A DNA stretch of 64,000 nt, from contig JARSSM010000016.1 in the NCBI GenBank assembly GCA_029624735.1, positions 5,993 through 69,992 of the forward strand, written 5' to 3'. The DNA comes from Defluviicoccus sp. (GTDB lineage: Bacteria; Pseudomonadota; Alphaproteobacteria; Rhodospirillales; Defluviicoccaceae). The position numbers and the translations under genes were made by a program. Below are positions 18,728 through 28,406 of the stretch, piece by piece; the first letter of the stretch is position 1; each line of letters starts with the position of its first letter. The notes below the pieces were generated by a model. The model did not search any database, was not told where the DNA came from, and saw only the letters and a program-made list of their open reading frames with translations.

Positions 18728-19417
18728 TCAGCGCGCGTGGCCGATGGCCCGGCGGTCACCTTCCCGTTTCCCCTCAACGGCGCCGACCGCCGCGACGATC
18801 GCTTCCGGTTCTGCGCATTCGCGGTGATCGGGGCAGACGAAAGCCGCCACCGCCATGCCGCCGGGGTCGATGACATAGCTCGCCGGGATCGGCAGGAACG
18901 CGGTGGGCCCGCCGTTGCGGTCCATCAGGTCAATACCACGGGCGCGATAGACCGCCTGCAGCGGGCCGGGTACGGGATAGCGCAGGCCGAACAGCTGGCA
19001 GACCTTAGCGCCGGGATCGCTGAGACGCGTCAGCCCCTCGAACGTGTCGGCAGCCGCGGTCGGATCCGTTCGGTCCTGCACCGGCGAGATGGCGAGCAGC
19101 GTCGCGCTCTGTTCGGCAATGAGTGGAGCGAGGGGGGCATACGCCGCCAGGACGGCGGCACACAGCGGACACCAGGGGCCGCAGGTGAACGTCAGTACCA
19201 CGGGACCGCGGTCGAGCCGGTCGATTAACCGCACCACCCGCCCGTTCGCGTCGGCGAGCGTGAATTCAGGCGCCAGTTCGCCATCCCGCAGCGCGCCCCC
19301 TTCGACGCCCGATTGCGCGAGCCACTGAGCGGCGTAGTCCATGGTCCGAACCTGCTTGGGCGTGAAACCGCGCCGCCACGTCGCACGCGCTTCGGCCAAA
19401 GTGTCTGCGAGCGTCAT
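18728..19417 (-). CDS. AhpC/TSA (peroxiredoxin-like, thioredoxin-fold) protein
   Basis: APEFTLADANG, GPVVLTF, GPWCPLC, LLAISP, LPIPASYVID. Confidence 0.8.
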   Translation of the reverse strand: MTLADTLAEARATWRRGFTPKQVRTMDYAAQWLAQSGVEGGALRDGELAPEFTLADANGRVVRLIDRLDRGPVVLTFTCGPWCPLCAAVLAAYAPLAPLIAEQSATLLAISPVQDRTDPTAAADTFEGLTRLSDPGAKVCQLFGLRYPVPGPLQAVYRARGIDLMDRNGGPTAFLPIPASYVIDPGGMAVAAFVCPDHRECAEPEAIVAAVGAVEGKREGDRRAIGHAR

Positions 19418-19475
19418 TCTTGCGCATCCGTCATTCTGGTGCCATTCGGCCAAGTGCCATTCGTCGCGAGAAATT

Positions 19476-19501
19476 CAGCCGGCCTCTGCCGAGGCCGGCT
19501 G
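19476..19501 (-). terminator. Probable intrinsic terminator after the DoxX gene
   Basis: 11-bp stem CAGCCGGCCTC/GAGGCCGGCTG, 4-nt loop, weak AAUUUC tail on minus strand. Confidence 0.5.
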
Positions 19502-19534
19502 CAGGTGGGGGGGAGCAACGTCGATGCGCGCGGG

Positions 19535-20011
19535 TCAGGACTGCTGATCCTCGAACAGCCGTCCGGCGATGAGGTGATCAATCGACAGCGCACCGGGCCC
19601 GCGGGTCACAAGGTACGCAAGGATCGATCCCCACAGCAGATGATCGGGCCAGTTCTCCGGGTAGACGAACAGCTGGATGACGAGGGTCATGCCCAACAGC
19701 GCCGCCGCGGCGAAGCGGGTGAAAAGACCGCATGCGACCAGAGCCGAGGCACCGAGCTCGGTTGCGGTGGCGAGGTAAGCCGCAAACGCCGCCGGCAGCA
19801 CCGGCACCATGTATTCCATGTCGAACAGGGCGACGGTTGCATCCCAACTCGCGATCTTGGTCAGGCCCGAGCGGAAGAACACGACGGCGACGGCCAAGCG
19901 GAACGCCAGCGCCAGGATGGACGTCGGGAATTTCTCCAACAGAGCACGGCCGGCGATGATGCTTCCGGTCAGGCTGCCGCTGCGGAGCGGGTGTGACAGT
20001 GTGGTAGCCAT
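19535..20011 (-). CDS. DoxX family membrane protein (BufD-like)
   Basis: RLAVAVVFFRSGLTKI, ELGASALVACGLFTRFAA, HLLWG, RGPGALSIDH; last gene of DUF692 operon. Confidence 0.88.
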   Translation of the reverse strand: MATTLSHPLRSGSLTGSIIAGRALLEKFPTSILALAFRLAVAVVFFRSGLTKIASWDATVALFDMEYMVPVLPAAFAAYLATATELGASALVACGLFTRFAAAALLGMTLVIQLFVYPENWPDHLLWGSILAYLVTRGPGALSIDHLIAGRLFEDQQS

Positions 20012-20028
20012 GATACCTCCTCACGAGA

Positions 20029-20817
20029 TCAGTTGATTGCAGTAACCGAGGCGACGACACCGCCTTCGAACAGCGACTCCAGGAGAGCGGGTGCGTTGAA
20101 CGAAGGCGCAATCGCGCGGGCGAGCGCGTTTGCCTTGCCGAGTCGACCGTCGGCAAGCAGGCTGCCGATGAAGGCAAATGCGGCGGCATCGAGCTTGAGC
20201 CAGCCGACTTCACCGTCCTGGCGATGGATGAACAGCTGCACACCGCCGGCCTCAAGATCGACCGCCGCGATTTCGTCATCGCCTTGCTGGTGAACCTGCC
20301 AGATCCGGTCGACCGGCCATGCCGACTTGACCAGACGGCAGGATGGATCGAGGCCGATGAACAGATCGCAAGACGGCGCTTCGATCTGCGCTGCCGCCGC
20401 TGCTGCATCGAGTGACGGCACATCGACGGCATGGCGGGCGCGGTTGATCGCCCACTCCAGCCGCGCCAGGTCGGCGAGATAGCCGAGCGAACCCGCTTCC
20501 GGCAGGCTTGCGAGGAACGCCGGAAAGCCGTCGCCGTACTCGAACAGGCACGGCCGCTGCGGCGGCTGGCTGAGGACATAGCGGCGCGCGGCTGCGGTAA
20601 AGAAGGCGTCGCCCACCAGCCGCCGGACGACGGGGAAGGTGGCGCCCAAGGCTTCGATGAGCGTCAGGCGGAAGTGATGGACATGGATCGCAAGCCGTGC
20701 CGACGCTCCCGGCGCATCCTCGACAATGGCGTTCGTGCCGGCGAAGGCCTGCTCCGCGAGCAGCCTTCCGGCTGCAACGGCGGCGAAACGGCTCTGCAGT
20801 TCACGCAGCGGCAGCAT
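20029..20817 (-). CDS. DUF2063 family MNIO partner/chaperone (BufC/HvfC-like)
   Basis: RLAIHVHHFRLTLIEALGATFPVVRRLVGDAFF, YGDGFPAFL, DLARLEWA; overlaps DUF692 end. Confidence 0.85.
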   Translation of the reverse strand: MLPLRELQSRFAAVAAGRLLAEQAFAGTNAIVEDAPGASARLAIHVHHFRLTLIEALGATFPVVRRLVGDAFFTAAARRYVLSQPPQRPCLFEYGDGFPAFLASLPEAGSLGYLADLARLEWAINRARHAVDVPSLDAAAAAAQIEAPSCDLFIGLDPSCRLVKSAWPVDRIWQVHQQGDDEIAAVDLEAGGVQLFIHRQDGEVGWLKLDAAAFAFIGSLLADGRLGKANALARAIAPSFNAPALLESLFEGGVVASVTAIN

Positions 20818-21670
20818 AACCCACCTCCTTGTGCACGGACCGCCAGCGGCGATCGGCCTCTTGCGCTTCCGCCACCAGGACTGGCAGCGGCGGCAGATTG
20901 CTGTCCCACTCGATCAGGGTGGCGGCATTCGGGAAGCGGGCGACGGCCCGCTCATAGAGTTCCCACACGGCGGCCGAAACCTGGCTGCCGTGATCATCGA
21001 TGAGGATCGTCACGCCGTCGGCGTCGTTGACGGCGTGCCCGGCAAGGTGAAGCTCATGCACGGCATCCGCTGGCAGGCCTTCGATCCACGCCAGGGGATC
21101 GCCGCCAAAATTGCGGCAGTTGACGAACACGTTATTGACATCAAACAACAGGCCGCAGCCGGTTCGCCGAACCAGCTCATTGAGGAATTCGACTTCGCTC
21201 AGTGTCGATTGTGCGAAACGAAGGTAGGCGGACGGATTCTCGATCAGAAGCTGGCGCCGCAGACGGTCCTGGACTTGGGCAATGTTGGCCGCGACCACGG
21301 CGAGGCTCTCCTCGCTGTAGGGAAGCGGCAAGAGATCGTTGAGGTACATCCCGTCGACGACCGACCAGGCGAGGTGCTCCGAGACCCAGTCCGGCTCGAT
21401 ACGCTCGACCAGTCGTGCCAGCCGTTCGAGGTGCCGGTCGTTGATGCCCTCGGCACTGCCAAGCGACATCCCGACGCCGTGCACGCTGATCGGCCAATGA
21501 CGCCGCACGACCTCGAGACGCGCCGGCATCCGGCCGCCGCCCATATAATTTTCGGCGTGGATCTCCAGAAAACCGACCGCCGGTCGGGTCGCGACGATCT
21601 CCTCGAAGTGCGGGCAACGGAGGCCGATGCCCGCCGTCTGGCGCTCTGTGGAGGAAGGTAGGGTGGACAT
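20801..21670 (-). CDS. DUF692 multinuclear non-heme iron oxidase (MNIO, BufB-like RiPP maturase)
   Basis: GIGLR, EIHAENY, HGVGMSLGS, SEHLAW, DLLPLP, IENPSAY, DVNNVFV, ELHLAGH, IDDHGS, LIEWD. Confidence 0.93.
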   Translation of the reverse strand: MSTLPSSTERQTAGIGLRCPHFEEIVATRPAVGFLEIHAENYMGGGRMPARLEVVRRHWPISVHGVGMSLGSAEGINDRHLERLARLVERIEPDWVSEHLAWSVVDGMYLNDLLPLPYSEESLAVVAANIAQVQDRLRRQLLIENPSAYLRFAQSTLSEVEFLNELVRRTGCGLLFDVNNVFVNCRNFGGDPLAWIEGLPADAVHELHLAGHAVNDADGVTILIDDHGSQVSAAVWELYERAVARFPNAATLIEWDSNLPPLPVLVAEAQEADRRWRSVHKEVGYAAAA

Positions 21671-21709
21671 GATCGTCGCTCCCGCCGGAGGTGGTGCCTT
21701 GTTGGTGGG

Positions 21710-21973
21710 CTACTTCTTGGTCGTCGAGCCACCGACCAGCTTGTCGCAGGTGCCGGCCGGAACGTAGACCCACGAGTCCGGCTGTGCGTCGCGCTTGGCG
21801 GTACCGGCGCACGAGCTGCCCGCCGTCTGGCAGTCGTTCATGCCGGCCTTCACGACGCCGAAGCACTTCTCGAACTTGTAGGTCGGCTGCTCGGCGGGGC
21901 CGGCGAGGGCAGCCGCGGAAACGGCAACGGTACCGACGAGGGCTGAAGCCAGTGCCAAAGTCGTCTTCTTCAT
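21710..21973 (-). CDS. DUF2282 bufferin-type (BufA1-like) periplasmic RiPP precursor
   Basis: 87 aa; signal peptide then EKCFGVVKAGMNDC-x6-CAGT...WVYVPAGTCDKLVGGS (C37, C48, C55, C76); GGGAGA RBS. Confidence 0.9.
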   Translation of the reverse strand: MKKTTLALASALVGTVAVSAAALAGPAEQPTYKFEKCFGVVKAGMNDCQTAGSSCAGTAKRDAQPDSWVYVPAGTCDKLVGGSTTKK

Positions 21974-22114
21974 CTTTCGATCTCCCACTGAAGTGTTGAC
22001 AAGGAAACGGTTCACTCTCGTTGCACTTAAGGAGCTGGTGGGTGGGCTCTGTTGTCGCCGCGATCACCGCCTCAAGCGCGCTATCACATTCCCGCAAACG
22101 CGTCTGAGAGTGAA

Positions 22115-22151
22115 ATGCAGATCGCCTATGGCTTCGATAGGCGAGCGCTAT
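22115..22151. promoter_or_regulatory. OxyR-type box upstream of the RiPP precursor
   Basis: ATGC-N7-CTAT-N7-ATAG-N7-CTAT; 14 of 16 positions match ATAG-N7-CTAT-N7-ATAG-N7-CTAT. Confidence 0.65.
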
Positions 22152-22168
22152 GTTCGCGCCAGCCGCCC

Positions 22169-22205
22169 ATAACCCCGCTCAGTCCCGACGATAGCTTGCC
22201 GTCAT
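22169..22205 (+). promoter_or_regulatory. Second, weaker LysR-type box facing the SDR operon
   Basis: ATAA-N7-CAGT-N7-ATAG-N7-TCAT. Confidence 0.4.
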
Positions 22206-22323
22206 GAACATGAGAGCGAGTCGCTATTTCCCTCTGACGGCCCGCTTGTTGAGAATGAGTGTCGTAGCGGTCGAGGCCGATCAGGGCCGCCGTCAACCGA
22301 ACAACCCGCGGAGGAATGCCATC

Positions 22324-23193
<870 letters not shown>

Positions 23194-23197
23194 GCCG

Positions 23198-24211
23198 ATG
23201 CGGCGGATCCTGCTCGCACTGGCGCTTGCGGCCTCGGCCGCAAGCCCGGCCTGGTCCGGCGAAGGGGGCGGGAGCGCGGCTTCCGACTCCCGCGCCGACC
23301 TGCCCGACGGTGTCGCCCCGTGGTGGCCCAGCCGCTACGGCGCCGACGATGAGATCGGCACGCTCAACGAGCTCACACCGGCGCGCATTGTCGAGGCGGT
23401 GCGGCTCGTCCGCCAGGGCGAGCGCATTGACCTCGGCCGCGTGCTCGACAAGGACACACCGGTCTTCCCCGGCCGCTACTGGCACCAGAGCGTCGATCTC
23501 GCGCCGCTGATCACCAACCTGCGCCGCGCCGACGCGCACGGCCGCGGCTGGGGGCTCAACGAAATCAACTGGATCACCGAGATCCAGGTCGGCACCTTCC
23601 AGGTCGGCACCCAGCTCGACTCGATCGGCCATCTGCAGATTGGCGACCGCTTCTACAACGGCTGGAAAACCCGCGATGTGGTCGAGGACTGGGGCCTCAA
23701 CCGGTTCGGGATCGAATCCGTCCCGCCGATCGTCGGCCGCGGCATCGTGGTCGATCTCGCCGGATTGAACGGCGTCGAACGCCTCGACAAGGGCACGGTG
23801 ATCGGTGTGGCCGACGTCGAGCGTGCCCTCGCCCGCCAGGGCATCACGATTGCTGAAGGCGATATCGTGCTGCTCCACACCGGCTGGGGCAGCCTCTGGG
23901 GCAAGGACAACGCGCTGTTCCTGTCGGGCGAACCGGGCCCCGGTCTGGCGCTCACCGAGTGGCTGCACGCCAAGCGCATTGCCGCACTCGGCACGGATAG
24001 CTGGAGCATCGGCCCGGTTCCGGGCGAGGACCCGGCGCGCCCGTTCGTCGTCCCGCAGACGATGTACGTCAAGATGGGGCTGTTCGGCTTCGAGAACCTC
24101 GCCACCGAACGGCTGGTCGAGCGCGGCATCTCCGAATTCCTGTTCGTCAACACGCACGGCCGGACGCGCGGCTCGACGGCCGCAGTCGTTGCACCAGTGG
24201 CCGTGTACTGA
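23198..24211 (+). CDS. Exported metal-dependent hydrolase, cyclase/kynurenine formamidase family
   Basis: Signal peptide; YGADDEIGTLN, QVGTQLDSIGH, LLHTGW, GTDSW, ENL. Confidence 0.8.
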   Translation: MRRILLALALAASAASPAWSGEGGGSAASDSRADLPDGVAPWWPSRYGADDEIGTLNELTPARIVEAVRLVRQGERIDLGRVLDKDTPVFPGRYWHQSVDLAPLITNLRRADAHGRGWGLNEINWITEIQVGTFQVGTQLDSIGHLQIGDRFYNGWKTRDVVEDWGLNRFGIESVPPIVGRGIVVDLAGLNGVERLDKGTVIGVADVERALARQGITIAEGDIVLLHTGWGSLWGKDNALFLSGEPGPGLALTEWLHAKRIAALGTDSWSIGPVPGEDPARPFVVPQTMYVKMGLFGFENLATERLVERGISEFLFVNTHGRTRGSTAAVVAPVAVY

Positions 24212-24228
24212 AGGTTGCGGAGGAGACA

Positions 24229-25686
24229 ATGGACGACGATTTCGACGCGATCATTGTCGGCTCGGGCGCCGGCGGCGGTGCCGCTGCGTACCGGCTGGCG
24301 ACAAGCGGCTGCCGCGTGCTGGTGCTGGAGAAGGGCGCGCCACTGCCGCACGACGGCAGCACGCTCGACGCCGGCATCGTCCTCAGCGAGGGCCGCTTCA
24401 AGAACCACGCCCCGTGGCGGGACGGCGACGGCGCCCCCTTCGTGCCGCAGGAGTACTACAACCTGGGCGGCAAGACGAAGTGGTACGGCGCCGCGCTCTT
24501 ACGCTTTGGCAGCCATGAGTTTGCCGACGATCCAGCGCATCAGTGCCGCGGCTGGCCGTTCGCATACGACGCGTTGGCACCCTACTATGAACAGGCCGAA
24601 GACCTTCTGGGCGTGCGCCGCTTCGCCGTCGAGCCCGATACGCAGCGCATCGCAGCGGCGTTTGAACGGGTCGCGCATGGCTGGCAGGTCGAGCCGATGC
24701 CACTCGGGCTCGCCGCCGACATCCTCGAACATCCGGAGGAAGCCGTGCGGTTCGACGGCTTCGCTTCCCCGCGCGGCCTGAAATCGGACGCCGAGGTCCG
24801 CTTGTTGGATCCGCTGCGCAACCGTCCCGGCATCCGTATCGAAACGAACGCCGAGGTCGTGGACCTTATCACGGCCGAGGGAGCGCCGGAGCGCGTCACC
24901 GGTGTCGTCACCGCCGACGGATCACGCTTCACCGCCAAGATGGTCCTGCTCGCCGCCGGTGCCCTGTCCTCACCGCGCCTCCTGCAGCACCATCTGCATG
25001 CAACCGGCTTGGATACGGTCCTGCCGGCGGCGCAATCGGTCGGCCGCAACTACAAGAGCCACCTGTTGACGGCAGTCGTTGGCTGGTCGCCGCGGCGGAA
25101 GACCGACCGCCTGCGCAAGACGGTGGTGATGACGAGCGAGGCCTTCGCGCATTCGAGCGTGCAGCCGCTGGGCGCCACCGACGGTGAGATCGTCGCCACC
25201 GAGCTGCCGGCATTCATGCCGCGCTGGGTTGCTGATCTGGTCGGCAACCGCGCCTACGGCTTTTTCCTGCAGACCGAGGACGGCTCGCATCCCGATAACC
25301 GGGTGAGCGCGGCAAACGGCTTTGCAAGCCCGCAGCTCGACTATGACCGCGACCGCATCGCGCCGGCGCGCGATGAACATCGCCATTTCGTGCGCGCGTT
25401 CTGCCGCGATCTCTTGCGGGTGGGGATGTTCCCGATCGTCAAGCCGATCCCGCTTTCCGGCACGGCGCACGCCTGCGGCACGCTGATCGCCGGCAATGAC
25501 CCTGCAACCTCGGTGGTCGACGCCTTCGGCAAGGTGCACGGCATGGACGGTCTCTATGTCGTCGACGGCAGCGTCCTGCCGCGCTCCAGCCGCGTCAATC
25601 CCGCGCTCACGATCTACGCCTGGGCGCTCCGCGTCGCCGACAGCCTTGCGCCTCAGCTTGCCTCCCATTCTGGAGAAAACCGATGA
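24229..25686 (+). CDS. GMC family oxidoreductase
   Basis: IIVGSGAGGG, LGGKTKWYGA, LAAGALSSPRLL, AHACGT, YVVDGSVLP, NPALTI. Confidence 0.88.
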   Translation: MDDDFDAIIVGSGAGGGAAAYRLATSGCRVLVLEKGAPLPHDGSTLDAGIVLSEGRFKNHAPWRDGDGAPFVPQEYYNLGGKTKWYGAALLRFGSHEFADDPAHQCRGWPFAYDALAPYYEQAEDLLGVRRFAVEPDTQRIAAAFERVAHGWQVEPMPLGLAADILEHPEEAVRFDGFASPRGLKSDAEVRLLDPLRNRPGIRIETNAEVVDLITAEGAPERVTGVVTADGSRFTAKMVLLAAGALSSPRLLQHHLHATGLDTVLPAAQSVGRNYKSHLLTAVVGWSPRRKTDRLRKTVVMTSEAFAHSSVQPLGATDGEIVATELPAFMPRWVADLVGNRAYGFFLQTEDGSHPDNRVSAANGFASPQLDYDRDRIAPARDEHRHFVRAFCRDLLRVGMFPIVKPIPLSGTAHACGTLIAGNDPATSVVDAFGKVHGMDGLYVVDGSVLPRSSRVNPALTIYAWALRVADSLAPQLASHSGENR

Positions 25687-28391
25687 CCATCCGCACAACC
25701 CTTGCCCCGGAACGGCAGCGTCTGGAAAACCAGCGCTCAGGCGTCGAAAACTGGCGGCGCTGGGGGCCTTACCTCTCCGAGCGCGCCTGGGGCACGGTGC
25801 GCGAGGACTACAGCGCCGACGGCAACGCCTGGAACTACCTTTCCCATGATGACTCGCGCTCGCGCGCCTATCGCTGGAGCGAGGACGGCCTGGGCGGCCT
25901 TTCGGATGACCAGCAGCGGCTGTGCTTCGCCTTGGCACTTTGGAACGGCGCCGATGCGATCCTCAAGGAACGCGCATTCGGCCTGACCGGCAACCAGGGC
26001 AACCGCGGCGAGGACGTCAAGGAGTACTACTTCTATCTGGACGCCACGCCCAGCCACAGCTTCCTGCGCTACCTTTACAAGTATCCGCAGCGCCGCTTCC
26101 CCTATGAGCGTCTGATCGAAGAGAACGCGCGCCGATCCCGGCACGAACCGCCGTTCAATTTGAGCGAAGCCGGCCTGTTCGACGACGGCCGCTACTTCGA
26201 TGTCGAGGTGTGCTGCGCCAAGGCCGGCGCGGACGAGATTCACATCCGCATCACCGCGGCCAATCGCGGGCCGGAGCCGGCCACCTTGCATCTGCTGCCG
26301 ACCTTGTGGTTCCGCAACACCTGGTCATGGGGCGATGGAACGGCCAAGCCGGTCATGCGCCAGGTCGTGCCGCCCAAGGGTGCCGCCTGGGCCATCGAGG
26401 CAGCGCACGAAGAGCTCGGCCAGGTGTTTCTCTATGGTGCGCAGGAGGGAACACCGCTTTTCACCGAGAACGAGACCAATGGCCGCCGGCTCTGGGGCGA
26501 CGCGCACGCCAGCCCGTACGCCAAGGACTCCTTCCATCGCCGCATCATCAACGGCGAGACGGGTGCGGTCAGAACGGACGGTACCGGCACCAAGTTCGCC
26601 TCCTGGCACGCGTTGACGGTGCCGCCGGGAACGAGCGTGCACCTCGATCTCGTGCTTTCGGAACGGCCGTTGAGCCAGCCCTTTGCCCGCAGCGAGATGG
26701 TGTTCGTGGCCAGACGTGACGAAGCCGATGCCTTCTATGCGGAGGTGCTGCCCGAGGCGAACGCCGAGGACCGGCGTATCGTCCGCCAGGCGCTGGCCGG
26801 GATGATCTTCTCCAAGCAGTTCTTCCATTTCGATGTCAGCCGCTGGCTCGATGGCGATGCCTTCCCCGCTCCGGCAGAGCGCCAGTGCGGTCGTAACGCA
26901 CGCTGGAAGCACATGAAGGCGGCCGACATCCTCTCGATGCCGGATGCCTGGGAGTACCCCTGGTTTGCCGCCTGGGATCTGGCGTTTCACACCGCGGCGC
27001 TGGCCCTGGTCGATGTCGATTTCGCCAAGGACCAGATCGAGATCATGGTCAACGAGCGCTACCTGCACCCGAACGGCCAGATCCCGGCGTACGAATGGAA
27101 CTTCTCTGACGTCAATCCGCCGGTGCACGCGCTGGGGGCGCTGAAAGTATTCCGGGCCGAGCGCGTGCAGCGCGGCCTGGGCGACCATGCGTTTTTGGGC
27201 CGCGTCTTCCACAAGCTGCTGCTCAATTTCGCCTGGTGGATCAACCAGAAGAACGGCGACGGCAGTAACGTTTTCGAGGGCGGGTTCCTCGGTCTCGATA
27301 ATATCTCGGTGTTCGACCGCTCGCAGCCGCTGCCGGGCGGCTACCGGCTCAAACAGGCCGATGCCACCGGCTGGATGGCGATGTTCGCGCTCAACATGAC
27401 GCTGATCGCGCTCGAACTCACGGCCGACGATCCGGCCTACGAGGACATCGCGATCCAGACCTACGAGCAGTTCTTGAGCATTGCCAACACGCTCGCCGGC
27501 TATGCCGACGGCGGCGTGCCGATCTGGGACGAAGGCAGCGGTTTTTTCAAGGACCTGATCGTCGGCCCGAACGGGACAAGCCGGCATATCGACGTCTACT
27601 CGATGGTCGGCCTGATCCCGCTGTATGCGACCGAGATCGTCGATCAGCGCCTGCTCGCGCACGCGCCGCGGTTCCGCGAACGCCTGCGCCGCCACGCCGG
27701 CGGCGTTTTCCGCGGCAACATCATCTGCGCCTGCCCGGAGACCGTGAACGCGCGCGGCGAGCATCTGCTCTCGGTCGTCGATCACACGATGCTTCAGCCG
27801 CTGCTCGGGCGGCTCCTTGACGAAGCGCAGTTCCTCTCGCCGTTCGGCGTCCGCAGCGTCAGCAAGATCCACGAACAGCATCGGGAGTTGGGCGAGCTGC
27901 CTGGCGTCGGCTGGGCGATGATCGAGTACGTCCCCGGCGAATCGAACTCGCCGCTGTTCGGCGGCAACTCGAACTGGCGCGGGCCGATCTGGATGCCGGT
28001 GAACTTCCTGCTCGTCCAGTCGCTGGAGAAGTTCTACCGCTACCTGGGCGACAATTTCACCGTAGCGGTGCCCAGCTTGGGCGGTGCCGCGCTCAACCTC
28101 CAGGAGATTGCGCACCTCATCGCCGAGCGGCTCGTCAACATCTACCGCCGCGACCCGAACGGTACCGTGGCGGCGATGCAGGGCCAGCCGCAGTTCACGA
28201 ACGACGCACACTGGCGCGACCTGCTGCTGTTCTACGAGTATTTCCATGCCGAGACCGGCCAGGGCCTCGGCGCCGCGCATCAGACCGGCTGGACCGGCCT
28301 GATCGCGAACCTGGTGATGCGCCGCTACCGTCGCGGCATCCCCCGCTACTGGCGGGAGCAGCAGGCGCATGCAGCGGCGGCGGCCGAGTAA
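25683..28391 (+). CDS. MGH1-like glycoside hydrolase (GH63-related)
   Basis: WGPYLSERAWGTVREDYS, MPDAWEYPWFAAWDLAFH, DFSDVNPPVH-like NFSDVNPPVH, GESNSPLFGGNSNWRGPIW, GAAHQTGWT. Confidence 0.82.
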   Translation: MTIRTTLAPERQRLENQRSGVENWRRWGPYLSERAWGTVREDYSADGNAWNYLSHDDSRSRAYRWSEDGLGGLSDDQQRLCFALALWNGADAILKERAFGLTGNQGNRGEDVKEYYFYLDATPSHSFLRYLYKYPQRRFPYERLIEENARRSRHEPPFNLSEAGLFDDGRYFDVEVCCAKAGADEIHIRITAANRGPEPATLHLLPTLWFRNTWSWGDGTAKPVMRQVVPPKGAAWAIEAAHEELGQVFLYGAQEGTPLFTENETNGRRLWGDAHASPYAKDSFHRRIINGETGAVRTDGTGTKFASWHALTVPPGTSVHLDLVLSERPLSQPFARSEMVFVARRDEADAFYAEVLPEANAEDRRIVRQALAGMIFSKQFFHFDVSRWLDGDAFPAPAERQCGRNARWKHMKAADILSMPDAWEYPWFAAWDLAFHTAALALVDVDFAKDQIEIMVNERYLHPNGQIPAYEWNFSDVNPPVHALGALKVFRAERVQRGLGDHAFLGRVFHKLLLNFAWWINQKNGDGSNVFEGGFLGLDNISVFDRSQPLPGGYRLKQADATGWMAMFALNMTLIALELTADDPAYEDIAIQTYEQFLSIANTLAGYADGGVPIWDEGSGFFKDLIVGPNGTSRHIDVYSMVGLIPLYATEIVDQRLLAHAPRFRERLRRHAGGVFRGNIICACPETVNARGEHLLSVVDHTMLQPLLGRLLDEAQFLSPFGVRSVSKIHEQHRELGELPGVGWAMIEYVPGESNSPLFGGNSNWRGPIWMPVNFLLVQSLEKFYRYLGDNFTVAVPSLGGAALNLQEIAHLIAERLVNIYRRDPNGTVAAMQGQPQFTNDAHWRDLLLFYEYFHAETGQGLGAAHQTGWTGLIANLVMRRYRRGIPRYWREQQAHAAAAAE

Positions 28392-28406
28392 CGGGAGGAC
28401 ATCGTC

